This document shows, in pieces, positions 26,549-39,190 of a stretch of DNA of 64,000 bases (positions are counted from its first letter, which is position 1; every line of letters begins with the position of its first letter). The notes under the pieces were generated by a model. The model was not told where the DNA came from. It saw nothing but the letters and a program-made list of their open reading frames with translations, and did not search any database. The stretch is taken from positions 102,424,001-102,488,000 of the forward strand of contig NC_043001.1 in the NCBI RefSeq assembly GCF_006345805.1. The letters run 5' to 3'. Both the position numbers and the translations under genes were made by a program. The DNA is from Octopus sinensis. Lineage: Eukaryota.

Positions 26549-27790
26549 CATTTATATATTTATTTTTGCTGCTGTTGTTCAGCAGGTGCTGCCTGAGTGA
26601 TACCATACGGCATTCAAAGGCTGTCTGCACTGATCTCAGGCCTCTACCACCTTCATTTTTTCTTCAGCAGAGCCTGTCAACATCACTGTTTCTGTGGAAG
26701 TTCCCAGTTGTTGTCAGGATTTTGCAGGTTTTGATATCTATGGAGTGGATTTCCTCTACAAACCAATCTAATATCCCAAATGTTGGGATCAGCACTGGTA
26801 CTGCAAATGCATTGTGGGATATTGTTTTGTAAGAGGAGAGTTCCGACTGCCATATTTTCCTAAGTCTGGTGTAATATTCTCGGGTCACTCTATCTTTATT
26901 CACAGTGCCTTCATATGATACATTTTCATCTATTCCTAGGTACTTGTAACATTCTTTGTGGGGAATGGGGGAGATAGAGAGGCTGTTGATGCACAGGTTT
27001 TGAATTTGGGGTACTGACTTTCCTCGTTCTATGACCAAATACAAACATTTCTTTTGGCCAAATTCCATGCCTATATCAGCTGAAAATGTTATTAATTCCA
27101 GTTGTTCGTTGGCATTGTCAACGCTTTTAGCATAGATCTTGATATGGTCTACAAAGAAATTATGAATAACATTGATATTTCTAGCAGTTGAAGATCCTAG
27201 CATGTAACCATTTGCTTTCTGCAATAGAAACGATAATGGGGTCAGTGCCAAAATGAAAAGAAGTACAGAAAGACTATCTCCCTGGAATATTCCCTTTGTA
27301 ATGCCTATACTATCAGAAACTATTATTCGGTTCTCAGTTGTAAGGATTGTCTATGCCTTTGTGAGTCTCTCTCTATAGCTGCAATTAAGGTACTAGGTAC
27401 TTTTGCCAGATGTAGACACTTCAACAGCCATGAATGATGGATAGAGTCGAATGCCTTCCTAAAGTCAAGCCATTCTGTCACAAGGTTTCTATTCTATGTT
27501 GTTTTCTTACTTCAGACAGTACAGCCTTGTTTATTAAAAGTTGTTTGGCACATCCCCACACTCCATTCTTTCCACCAACCTGCTCATCAGTCACAATGTT
27601 GTTATACTCACAATGGACCTGGAGGAATTGGTTGAGGCAGTTTGTGTACAGTTTGTACATAATGTTTAGGCAAGCAATGGGCCTGTAGTTTCCTGCCATC
27701 TCGGTGACTTCATTTTTGGCAACAAGATTTGTCCTTGGTGTAGTAAGCCAATTTGGTATATTAGTCTGACCTTCCATAGTCCTTCTGAAC
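26548..27790 (-). mobile_element. R4/Dong-like non-LTR retrotransposon RT fragment
   Basis: NYRPIACLNIMYKL, GIFQGDSLSVLLF, FVDHIKIYA (YxDD region altered), YKYLGI, GGRGL motifs; frameshifts and stops. Confidence 0.88.
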
Positions 27791-28227
27791 TGTGTGTGTG
27801 TGTGTGTGTGTACGTATGTATATAGTCATATATTTATGTATGTGTATATATACATGTATATGTATATATGTGAGTGTATATCCTGATGCATGCATTTACA
27901 CATACACACAGAAATATATACTCTTCCTTATCATCTTCATAGCCACTTTGTCATGGCTTAGACAAGACTTAAAGTAGATTTCCTTCAGCTGGATGGTCTT
28001 TTGAAAGCTAATCTTCAATAGGTTTTCTGTGTATTTTTCATGGCCTTGACCTTCACATGTCCTCCAAAATAGAGCATCTTTGTTTCTTAGATTTATAAAC
28101 TTTCAGTTGTTTAATGACATTCTGTTAGACAAAGAAATCAAGGTGGTCAGGCATTCCACAGAGAAATGCGTATGCCTTATGTAATTCTCAAGTAGAATAT
28201 TACACATACAGACACGTACACACACTC

Positions 28228-28300
28228 ATATATATACATACATACATACATACATATATATATATAATACAAATAAAGTTAGATAAGGCCAGTTTTTAAA

Positions 28301-28336
<36 letters not shown>

Positions 28337-28425
28337 TGTATGTATGTATGTATGTATGTATGTATATGTGTGTGTGTGTGTGTGTGTATGTGTGTGTTGT
28401 GTGTGTGTGTGTGTGTGTGTGTGTG
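28228..28425. repeat. (TATG)n/(TG)n microsatellite
   Basis: Direct inspection. Confidence 0.97.
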
Positions 28426-28720
28426 GTGGTTGTCTACTCCTTATGCAGAGTTTGACCACCTCCTGTACCTACACCTTAGAACCATCATGGCATCTGATGC
28501 GTCTTTTTAAACTAGACAATGTTTTGAAAAGACACCCACATAGATTACATATCCAATTTGGACCACCAAAAGCTGCAGTTAAGTTCTGATAAATGTCTTT
28601 CGAGGCCTCCGTTACATTTGCAGACCTTCTGCCATACCTTGCATTGAAAGGTGTGCACAGACATAAATGCAGAATAGTTGGTGGAGGTTCGTTTTCCATA
28701 GGTTCACAAATGAAAATATG
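28425..28720 (-). pseudogene. Two decayed C2H2-like zinc fingers, probably a LINE 3' terminus
   Basis: FQCKVWQKVCKCNGGLERH (one frame), then WICNLCGCLFKTLSSLKRRIRCH (next frame); terminates in a (CA)n tract. Confidence 0.6.
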
Positions 28721-28724
28721 TTAT

Positions 28725-28778
<54 letters not shown>

Positions 28779-29342
28779 TGTATTATAAGTTTATGTGTAT
28801 ACATACACATATGCACACATAATAGCCCTCCCACCCCTCCAACACTCTGCCATTGCTTGTCATCCAAAGTACCCCTGGCTTCATTGCCCACCTCAAGGCA
28901 GATGTACCTACTTTTCCTGGACCACCTGACATTGCTAACCATCATTCACATTTCTACATTTCTATTACAAGCCATTATTCTTAAATGTGCTACTCCCTCA
29001 TCCTTATCACCCTGTTTCTATCATATCATCCCTGCTCCCTTCTCAGCCATACAATTTGTCAGAGAGGTAAGGATTCTCAAATTTTCAGGGTATCGTTGAT
29101 GACCATATGAATCCAACCAGAACCCTTTGTAAAGTGGTTGGTGATTTAGCAGAAATGTAGGGTCAAGAGAGGCTTTAGTTTTGTTGATTACATAACTACT
29201 TGTGCAGGGGCCACGAGGAAAAAAAAAACATTGTATGTAGTACATTCTGTAACGAAATTGGAGTTAGGAAGTGCAGCCAATCATGGAAAGCAAGTAAGAT
29301 GCAGTCCTCCAACTAATCTTGGTGAGCAGTACCATCGTTAGA

Positions 29343-29696
29343 TGTAGGTGTGACTGTGTGGTAAGAAGTTTGCTTGCCAATCATGTTTCTGGGTTCAGTC
29401 CCACAATGTAACACCTTGGCTGCATTGTGGGTGGATTTGGTAGACAGAAACTGAAAGAAGCCCATTGTATATATATAATATATCTATGTTTGTGCCTTTG
29501 TCCTTCATCACTTCTTGATAAATGGAGCTGGTAGATTTGCATCTCTGTTAGTAAGTGGTTTGGCAAAAGAGTGTTAGGATAAGTAGCAGGCTTGAAAATT
29601 GAAAATATACAGTGGAGTCGATTCATTTGACTAAAAATTCAAAGTGGTGGCCCAGCATGGATGCAGTCAAACGACTGAAACAAGTAAAAGATAAAA
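29343..29696 (+). mobile_element. SINE family A
   Basis: Head TGACTGTGTGGTAAGAAG...GGTTCAGTCCC; tail GACTGAAACAAGTAAAAG. Confidence 0.85.
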
Positions 29697-30020
29697 TATT
29701 GAAGCTGATATACATTGCAGGGACCCACCCAACCCATGTGAAAGAGAAAGGGAGAGAGTAAGAGAGAAGTGATTATACATATGAAAAATAGAACTCAATA
29801 CATAAACTAGAGTGCTTCATGATGATAAGACCGATATGTGTTCTCAGCTAAAATAATATACACACACAAACATGCCATGATATGCATAGAAATGATTACC
29901 TAAATATATACACACAGAGAAACACACATGTATATGTGTATAAGTTCACATATATCCATGCATGCATAAATATATGTGTACACAAATATGTACGTGAATG
30001 TATGCATGTGTGTGTGTGTG

Positions 30021-30051
<31 letters not shown>

Positions 30052-30651
30052 TTGCTGCCATACACATATGTACATGCTTTAAACAGACAATGCTGACAGG
30101 AACATGGAGAGGCTAAAACTAAATAAAATACTTGGCCAGTGAGCTTCGTAGTGACTGGCTTATGGCACAAGAATACCTTTGAGAAGTAAGATTTTCTCTC
30201 TGCTTTTTGGTTGGTTCACATTTTTTTTTTTTGACTTCCTTTTTATGATTTTATTTTTTCCTGAAGAAGAATAAAAGCAGAGAGAGACGGCACAGTGACG
30301 TATATTCCTAAAGTATATATGAGTGATTGAAAATGTGCATGTGTCCTGCTTTTCGTTGCACAAACAGATACAGTGCTGACAACCAGATGCATTCTATCAA
30401 TCAACGTGAACCCCCTGGGGTCTCAGAATAGGCCTGCTCAAATACAATGAGAAAAGGAAGGAGAAAAGGAAGGAAAGGAGGAAAAAGCCTGCCAAAGAAG
30501 AAGAGTACAATGATAAAGATAACAAAAGATAACAATATCTAAAAAAAAAAAAAAATTAACCAGATCAAGAAGAAAAATAATTTTAAAACATAAGAAAACA
30601 ATAAAAAAAAATCTAAAAGGAACAACAAAGAAGACAAAGAACCAGCAAACT

Positions 30652-30997
30652 ACACACACACACACTCACACACACACATGACAACAATAACAGCAACAAA
30701 AGGAGGAAGTCTAAAATAAAGATAAGGGCCAGGAGTGTTGCGGCAGCACAGTTAATGTGAGTGTGGTGTGGTGTACACTGGAAGAGAAATGCTGTACAAA
30801 TAACATAAGGATGAAGAAAACAGTTGTGTGTGTGTGTGTGTAAGCGTGCACACATCTGTATGTGTGCATACTCATAAATACACACATACATCTGTATATT
30901 AGACATATGACACTCACACACACATACATGCTTCATATAAAGAATGAAAGATGTATATATATATAGATATATATATATAGATGTGAGTGTATGTTTG

Positions 30998-31040
<43 letters not shown>

Positions 31041-31322
31041 TCACACACACATATGACAACAATAACAGCAACAAAAGGAGGAAGTCTAAAATAAAGATAA
31101 GGGCCAGGAGTGTTGCGGCAGCACAGTTAATGTGAGTGTGGTGTGGTGTACACTGGAAGAGAAATGCTGTACAAATAACATAAGGATGAAGAAAACAGTT
31201 GTGTGTGTGTGTGTAAGTGTGCACACATCTGTATGTGTGCATACTCATAAATACACACATACATCTGTATATTAGACATATGACACTCACACACACATAC
31301 ATGCTTCATATAAAGAATGAAA

Positions 31323-31364
<42 letters not shown>

Positions 31365-31395
31365 TGTGAGTGTATGTGTATGTGTGTATATACAT

Positions 31396-31400
<5 letters not shown>
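30652..31400. repeat. Direct tandem duplication, period 375 bp
   Basis: ATGACAACAATAACAGC at 30678 and 31053; unique parts nearly identical; bounded by microsatellites. Confidence 0.93.
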
Positions 31401-31449
<49 letters not shown>

Positions 31450-32719
31450 GGTACGTCTGTATACGAGAAAGAAGAAACTAAATAGGAAGAGAAAGAACAT
31501 AAAATTGCAGCAAAACGTAAAAGATTAGGATAAGATTAAGTAAGTAGCTTAATTTCACTGGCTAAACTAAACACATGGATCAATATATTGCTTGGCTGTT
31601 TGCTTTGCTGACTCCTTTTTACATTGAGGGGGATTCTTTTTTTTTTTTATTACGTGTGTATGTCATTTTTATTTATTTTTGGTCTTTATTTTCTGTTAAG
31701 TTTGCCAAGATTCTACTAAACTGGTCACAGAACCGAAAAAAAAAAAAGAAAGAAAAAAGATGACGGAGGAAGAGAAGAAGGATGAGGAGGAACGAGATAA
31801 AGAAAAACATATAAATATAAAAATGTAAAAAAAAAAAGAAGTTTTAAAAAATCAAAAAGCATCAAATCAAATATCCAAAAAGGTTGCTGAGAGGTTGAAA
31901 ATATTGGCTACAGGAGGGGAGAAAAATAAAGACAGAACAAATATGCAAATAAAGAATAACTAAATAATTGAATGAATAAAATACAGGTTTTCATTCAAGT
32001 CAAAGAAGGTATCATTTATATTTATTGCAAGCAAACAAGGGAGCCTGTATGTGGTTGTTTAAACTGCTAAAAATAGCAGCCAAACTTCATCAGTTTCAAA
32101 AATAAACATTTTCACCAATATATTCCTAAATACATAGAAAAGCTGGCCATGCTTGGAATGGTGTTGTTCGCAAATATATTCAAACATGATTGACCTAACG
32201 ATTAATCAACAACACAACATTTAAGCTAATGAGAGAGCCTTTATGTTACCACTCAATCTGCTAGACATAGAAGCCAAAACTCATTTAAATCACACCATGT
32301 TTTAATCAATAGAAGGATAAATAAATATCAGCAAAAACGACATGATGGTCTTCACTGGAATGCTTTTGATCATACATGCCTGCCAAGAACAGGCCTAGGG
32401 CTAAACAACAGCAATAGCAAAACCTTCAAGATTTTCCAAAATTAATAACAAATCAAATTCCTTTTATCTGTATGATACTAGAATTCCGATTCTGTCTGTC
32501 TGTCTATTCCACCATTTTAGGCAATACAGTTCATTGTGGATTTCAAATATTTACTAATGTACTGCTTGACATAAACCCTTTTGCCTAAAATAAATTCCAG
32601 TGGGTTTCTGAGGCCTCTTAGCTCAAATAGAAGAATATCATCCTACATTATTTAAACATGGGAACTTCTTACCCATTATTGACAACAAAAGCGGGCGGAA
32701 AAAAACAAAAGACACTCAC

Positions 32720-32767
32720 ATGCAGTAGTAACACAGATGTATATACAAAATCAGCCAAACACATCAG
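32720..32767 (-). CDS. Candidate 48-nt phase 0-0 exon (LMCLADFVYTSVLLLH)
   Basis: Acceptor gtttattacattcag, donor CAT|gtgagt, single open frame. Confidence 0.25.
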
Positions 32768-33139
32768 CTGAATGTAATAAACATACACGACTTAGGGATG
32801 TATACACATTTAATAGAGAATGTCCACACACACACACAAACAGTTATTCAGTGCATGCACAAACACACACACACAATGCAACACACAGACAGAAACTAAT
32901 TTTGTGAATGAAAATCTAGATAAGTTTATCAATTGTAAAGTGATGGGAACTTCCCATTGCCAGCAGACTGGGTATATATGCCTGTAGGAGTTAGATAACT
33001 TTGTTGACTCATAACTGAGCTGCACTTCAATATATATAAATGGCTGGAATGACTGGCATAAAACATTTTGTCTGAAATGCTGAAATTTCTGTCAATTTGC
33101 CCACTTATGCTTACAGTACATGTTTGTGAAAATGATATA

Positions 33140-34721
33140 CACCTTGTCTGAAGACATTATGCAAATTGGTATTTATTTTTAATAAAATGAATGTACATGT
33201 ACATAAGAAATTTAAGGATGTTGGTACAAATGCTCTTTCTTAATTGTGGCTAAAATTTGACATACATCTGATCTGTTTGCCTTGAGTAATTGAGAATTTA
33301 CTGAAATTGACTGCCTGGAGTTATTACGCAAATGTTGGAATTTATATTTTTACAGAGTTAATAATACGTTTTTGTTATTTTGCAGGTACTAATATAGTCA
33401 TGGGTAAAAAGAAAGAATATTACAGTGTCTGAAGAGCAGGAAATAACTAAGCTTTTAACTGATGGCATGACCCCTTTGAACATTTCGAAGCAGCTTGGCT
33501 GAGATCATCAAACCACCAAGAAAAAAATTGAAGATATAACAAAAAGAACAGGAAACCAAGGTCTGGAAAGGGTTCCAGGAACTTCTCTATGAGAGAGAAA
33601 CATCAACTGAAATGCATTGTTGCTAAAAACCCACTACTCAGCCAGTAGTGATAAGTATTTAATATGGCTGGGATTCTTGGAATAAAGAGAGACAAAAGGT
33701 GTAGAGTCCTTCACGACATTGATTCTGTGAAAAAAATCTCCTCACCAGCCTCCTATATTTCCAACTAATATTGATAAACGTCTAAAGTGGGCAAGAAAGA
33801 ACTTAAAATCAGGTTTCAGAAACATCATATTCACTGACGAATCACGTGTCACATTAGATGATCCAGATGGATGAGCTAAAGGATGGGTTCTGTCCGGCCA
33901 AGATGCTCCTGTGACGAGAAGATGGCAACAAGGAGGTGCTGGTGTAATGATATGGATATGGACTGGTATTTTTAATAGACCCATGACTGGTGTAAAACTC
34001 AACAGTACTAATTATTGTGAATTCTTGGATCAAACTTTCTTTGAATGGTACAAGCGTCAGCCTCACAGTTTCAAGATAAAGTGTATGTTTATGCATGACA
34101 ATGCTCCATCACATACTTCTTGCCTAACTCGTAAGTTTCCTGAGTGCAAACTATTTGCTGAAGACAAAATAATGGAGTGACCACCGTCAAGCTCTGACTT
34201 GAACCCAATAGCAAACCTCTGGTCAATCGTCAAACAGAAACTCTATGAAGGAGGCAAACAGTACAACAGTAAGGTAGAACTGTGGGATGCTATACAAAGT
34301 ATTACAGCTGCAGTTTCGCCAGATCAAATGGGAAAACTAACAAATTTGATGGACAACAGATTAGTAACTTGAGAATAGAAGTATATAAACGTGAATTAAA
34401 ACAGAATGGTAGTTATATCAAATTGTTTCAACTATATATTTAAACATTGTCCTTTGAATTAGTAAAAAGTTCTTAATGGGTTCATATGTTTTAATTGTCC
34501 TGATACGCAGAGCAAATAACGATTCCAACATTTGCGTAATAACTTCAGGCAGTCAGTTTCAGTAAATTCTTAATTACTCAAGGAAAACAGATCAGATGTA
34601 TGTAAAATTTTAGCCACAATTAAGAAAGAGCGTTTGTACCAACATCCTAAAATTTCAGCTTCCTATGTACATTCATTTTATTGAAAAAAAAACGATTTGC
34701 ATAATATCTTCAGACAAGGTG
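33140..34721 (+). mobile_element. Full-length decayed Tc1-like DD37E (TRT-like) transposon
   Basis: TA TSD on both sides; ~200-bp TIRs (33140-33341, 34522-34721); transposase remnant 33400-34372 with MGKKK, FTDES, QQGGAGVM, FMHDNAPSH, DLNPI(A)NLWSIVKQKLYEGG; exactly 37 codons between D (34097) and the E position (34211). Confidence 0.93.
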
Positions 34722-34764
34722 TATTTTAAATATATATATATATATATATTTGCACATATATACA

Positions 34765-35108
34765 GGTGCAGGAGTGGCTGTGTAGCACCTTGGGCAAGTG
34801 TCTTCTACTATATAGCCTTGTTCCAACTAAAGCCTTGTGAGTGGATTTGGTAGATGGAAACTCAAAGAAGCCCGTCGTATATATGTGTGTATATATATAT
34901 GTATGTGTGTGTGTGTGTTTGTCCCTCCACCATTGATTGACAACCGATGTCGGTGTGTTTATATTCTTGTAACTTAGCAGTTCAGCAAAAGAGACCGATA
35001 AAATAAGTACTAGGCTTACAAAGAATAAGTCGTGGGGTGATTTGTTCAACTAAAGGTGGTGCTCAGCACAGCCACAGTCAAATGAATGAAACAAGTAAAA
35101 GAAAAAAA
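34765..35108 (+). mobile_element. SINE family A, deletion in head
   Basis: GGAGTGGCTGTGT joined directly to AGCACCTTGGGCAAGTG; normal body and tail. Confidence 0.88.
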
Positions 35109-35194
35109 GTATATACGTACATATATACATATATATATATATATATTATATATTATATATATTATATACACACACACACACACAGACACACACA

Positions 35195-35235
<41 letters not shown>

Positions 35236-35241
<6 letters not shown>

Positions 35242-36047
35242 TAATAAATAAAATATATGCATACATACAAACATATATGTACGTACCGACATCTACATGT
35301 ATATATACATGCATATATAAATATATATACGTACATGACACCACAAAAAGACGTAAAACTCAACAGAAACGAAAACTGAAAAGCCATTTTGTTACAACAG
35401 AAGGACAGAGACGTGGAACAGGATGAGAACGAAAACGGGAAAACATTATTTACAACAGAAAAACAAGGTACAGGACATGCTACACAAGTTTTTTTTTTGT
35501 TTTTTTTCATTTGTTTTCTTGTTTATTTTGATTTCTCATATTGTATTTTATTTCTCGTTTTGTATTTTCTTGTACATGTATTTTTAATTTTGTATTTTTA
35601 TCTTGTATTTTATTGTGCAGTTCTATTGTTACGTCCCGGTTGTGTTACATTTTTTCGTGCTTGTTTTACCCCTCTGCGAGGTTATTTTATTTTAATTCTC
35701 TCGCAGAAAGGCCTAGTATTGACGAGTCGTGTCCTGTCTTGCCTTCGAAACACGCTTAAGTCTACTAGTGACAACTGATGAAGGGGATTTTTCCTTGTGT
35801 AGCATGTCCTGTACCTTGTTTTTCTGTTGTAAATAATGTTTTTCCTGTTTTCGTTCTCATCCTGTTCCACATCTCTGTCCTTCTGTTGTAACAAAATGGC
35901 TTTTCCGTTTTCGTTTCTGTTGAGTTTTACGTCTTTTTGTGGTGTCCTGTACGTATATATATTTATATATGCATGTATATATACATGTAGATGTCGGTAC
36001 GTACACATATGTTTGTATGTATGCATATATTTTATTTATTACACTAT
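35236..36047. repeat. Long inverted repeat: ~253-bp arms, 305-bp spacer
   Basis: Arms 35236-35488 and 35794-36047 differ by about 5 substitutions and 2 single-base indels (manual alignment). Confidence 0.95.
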
Positions 36048-36243
36048 TGTCTGACAGCGCTTCGCGTCGTGGCTCGTTCGAATTTTCGAATTTCCGAATT
36101 TTCGCTTTGTTCCGTCTTCTTATCCTGCCAGTATTGTTTTATTATATATATATATATATATATTATGGAAATGTACTTTCATAGCAAGTGACATGATCTG
36201 AGATTGTGTGCTGGAACAAAAACAATTACAGTATGGAAGGTGT

Positions 36244-36428
36244 TTATAAGCCATTTAAAAACACCCGAAAACCGTTAGATTCACTTCAACATTTAAATTT
36301 AATTTGCCAAAATATTTTCGTCACTTTGAGACCGCAATCTGTTCACTGACAAAATTCTGTGCAGTAAATTAAATTGAAATGTTGAAGTGAATCTAACGGT
36401 TTTTGTTTGTTTCTTAAATGGCTTATAA
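36244..36428. mobile_element. MITE with ~65-bp imperfect TIRs
   Basis: TTATAAGCCATTTAA...CCGTTAGATTCACTTCAACATTT and its reverse complement. Confidence 0.8.
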
Positions 36429-36543
36429 TCACAATCTACACCGCAATTCTTTATATATATATATATAATACTACAAAATTAGAAAATGGAGAAACATACT
36501 TATGTTATCCCATGGTGGGTTGAATTTTCAACCCTATCTCATT

Positions 36544-36547
<4 letters not shown>

Positions 36548-36581
<34 letters not shown>

Positions 36582-36599
36582 CATATAATATATATATAT

Positions 36600-36654
<55 letters not shown>

Positions 36655-36662
36655 CATACACA
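36548..36662. repeat. (TA)n-rich microsatellite
   Basis: Direct inspection. Confidence 0.97.
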
Positions 36663-37689
36663 TTTCACCACCAGTGGCCTAGCATGTACCAAAAGTCAAT
36701 ATAAAATAGTGTACATTTAACACAAGAGAAAACTACCTTTAACAGGTCAATTTTACATGCTAGAAGAAGCAGTCAAAACGACCAAAACCCCATTTAAGAG
36801 CAATTTTCGAAGGGAATGAAAAATAAAAACTTTTACCTCGTTATTTTTTTTACGGTTATACCTAAGTTTCAGATATCTTTAGCAAATAAAATAAAATTTG
36901 CTAGGCGAATCCTCATCAGTAACTCTACCATAACAGTAACATATAATTTAGAGACAAATAACACGTGTCTCATCATTATATGTTATGATTTTTCAAAATT
37001 CCCCACGCAACTACAGTTTCAGTCGGCAGCATATGAAAAATGCTGAACCGATCTTCGAAATGCTAAAACTGGCTGAACTGATGAGGCATGAGACAAGTAG
37101 CAGTGAATGGGAGAAAAGAAACAGATGTATGGATAGATAAAGACTGCAAGAGTCTATGGAACAGTGAAAGATGGAAAATGGGTGAAGGGTTGAAATAATG
37201 AAGAACAAATGTGGAGTGGATAAAAATTAAGAGAACTAGGGAAGAGTAGGTGACAACTGTAGAAATTGCATAAGGTTTAAGAAGCAGATGTAGTGAATGT
37301 TGGATGAAGAAGACCAATGAAGCATGGGAGGGGAGAAGAGAAACAGAATAGTAACAGATATGGGACGGATGGAAAGAGAGAAGGAGAGAGTGATGATGAT
37401 GCTGGTGGTGGTTAGGTAGATTGTAAGAGTGTGGAAGGCAGAGGCTGATATAATGCATGGAGAGAGTGAGAGACATCTGGTGGTGGTGAAGGTGAAATGA
37501 TTTGATGGTTGGGGGTAGGGAATGTAAAGAGTGGCAGTGAAAAAGATTAATGGCATCAAGGAAATGATGTAGTTAGGGAGATGAAAGGTAGGGAGGGTGT
37601 CTTGAGAGAGGAAATTCGGCAAAGGATGCAGGTGTGTGCATACATTTATACATTTAAACAGAGTGCTTCCAGAAATTAGATTTGCTGAG

Positions 37690-38660
37690 TTAGGTGAATC
37701 TTGACACGAACCACATATTGACAGTCATCCTGGTCTCTTACCACCTCCCTTGTGAGGTTCAAGGTCCTGAGATCAGCCTTTCTCACTCTGTCCCATGTCC
37801 TCCTGGGCCGTGATATTCTGGAAGCTCTATTCACATTAAGTGATCAGCACTTCTTTATACAACTATCCTCACCCAAATGCATCATATGTCCATACCAGGG
37901 GCAGTCTTCTCTCTTGCACGCAGCATCTCATCCCTCTTATGTCCAGTTTTTCTCTCAACATATTTGTGATATGCCACTCATCTACGCTTAAATTGTAAAT
38001 CCAATGGAGTATATTCCCTTCATTTTTTCCAATCTTCTCAACTTTATATTCAAGGACCATCTCTCCCTACCATACAGCATTGCAGTTCTAACAGAGCATC
38101 ATACAATCTGCCCTTTACTCTGAGGAAAAACACCTTTGTTTCCAGCAGCAGTAGGAGCTTCCTCAACATTTTCTTGCCTAATTTTAGCCTGGCTTCCATA
38201 CCTTTGGAGCAACACATTAAAGGCACTAATACCAGTGACGACACATGGAAGGCACCCTGTACACTCTATGGAGTGGTTGGTATTAGGCAGGGTACCCAGC
38301 CAGAGAAGCCATGCCAAAACAGCCTGGAGCAGCTCTCTGGCTTACCAGTTCCAGTGAAACCATTTTATCCATGCCAGCATGGAAAAATGGACACTAAATG
38401 ATAGTGATGAAGATGACCTTCCTGCTAATTACATCTCTTAGGTAACAAAAGCTATCGACTACTTCCAGTGAGCCACCTGAGTATTTCATACAGAGCACTT
38501 ATCGCATACGAAGCTTACTTTCTCTGTGATTTTACCAATGAATCCACAATGCCTTTTCTGAGTCCATAGCTTGCAGTGGGCTCAGCACATGGAGTTGTAT
38601 CTACACCTGTCGTGCATACTAAGCCAGGCCATTTCCCTGAAGATACCAGCGTTCTGTCTT
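37690..38660 (-). mobile_element. RTE LINE ORF2 remnant interrupted by a 3'UTR copy
   Basis: GKWP..C PHD-like segment, GGSLEVVDSFCYL, then after the insert CSKGMEARLKLG..RVKGRLYDA..RTAMLYG and the RTE C-terminus. Confidence 0.8.
38211..38416 (+). mobile_element. RTE 3'UTR copy nested antisense in RTE ORF2
   Basis: GTGGTTGGTATTAGGCAGGGTACCCAG...CCATGCCAGCATGGAAAA, (GAT)-like tail. Confidence 0.8.
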
Positions 38661-38664
38661 CTTT

Positions 38665-39190
38665 CTTGCTAATGTCTGTTTTCCATGTTGGTATGGGTTG
38701 GACAGGTTGACATAGAGCTGGCATGCTGGCCAGGCTCCAATTGTCTTCTTTTGGCACAGTTTCTATGACTGGATGCCCTTCCTAATGCCAACCACTTAAT
38801 AGAGTGTGCTGGGTGCTCTTTACGTGCCACCGGTATGGGTGCATTGACACAGCACTGGCACAGGCGCATTTATGCAGCACCTGAAAGCACAAGCTTGTAT
38901 GTATGGAAGACAATGAGTTTACTTCACTTGACACATCTTTTCAAGCAGAGCAAACATCACATCTCCCGGTCCCTCATCATTTCCTCAATGAGACCCAGCA
39001 TCCAAAAATCCTTTCTCAATACTTTGTCCCACATCTTACCCCTACCACAGGTACTCTCCACAATTAGAGCTCAGCACTTCTTTACACAACCGTCCTTATC
39101 CATACTCATCCCATGACCAAACCAGCAGTCTTCTCTCTTGCACACAACATGTGATACCTCAGATGAGATGATTACTTGCATTTCTCTCAT
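38665..39190 (-). mobile_element. RTE LINE 3' end (ORF2 C-terminus plus 3'UTR)
   Basis: GRGKMWDKVLRKDF-like C-terminus followed by GGTTGGCATTAGGAAGGGCATCCAG 3'UTR. Confidence 0.78.

Noticed and set aside
37055-37095. CGAAA ... CTGATGAG hammerhead-like strings
   Set aside because: No stems I or III and no properly placed NUH site.
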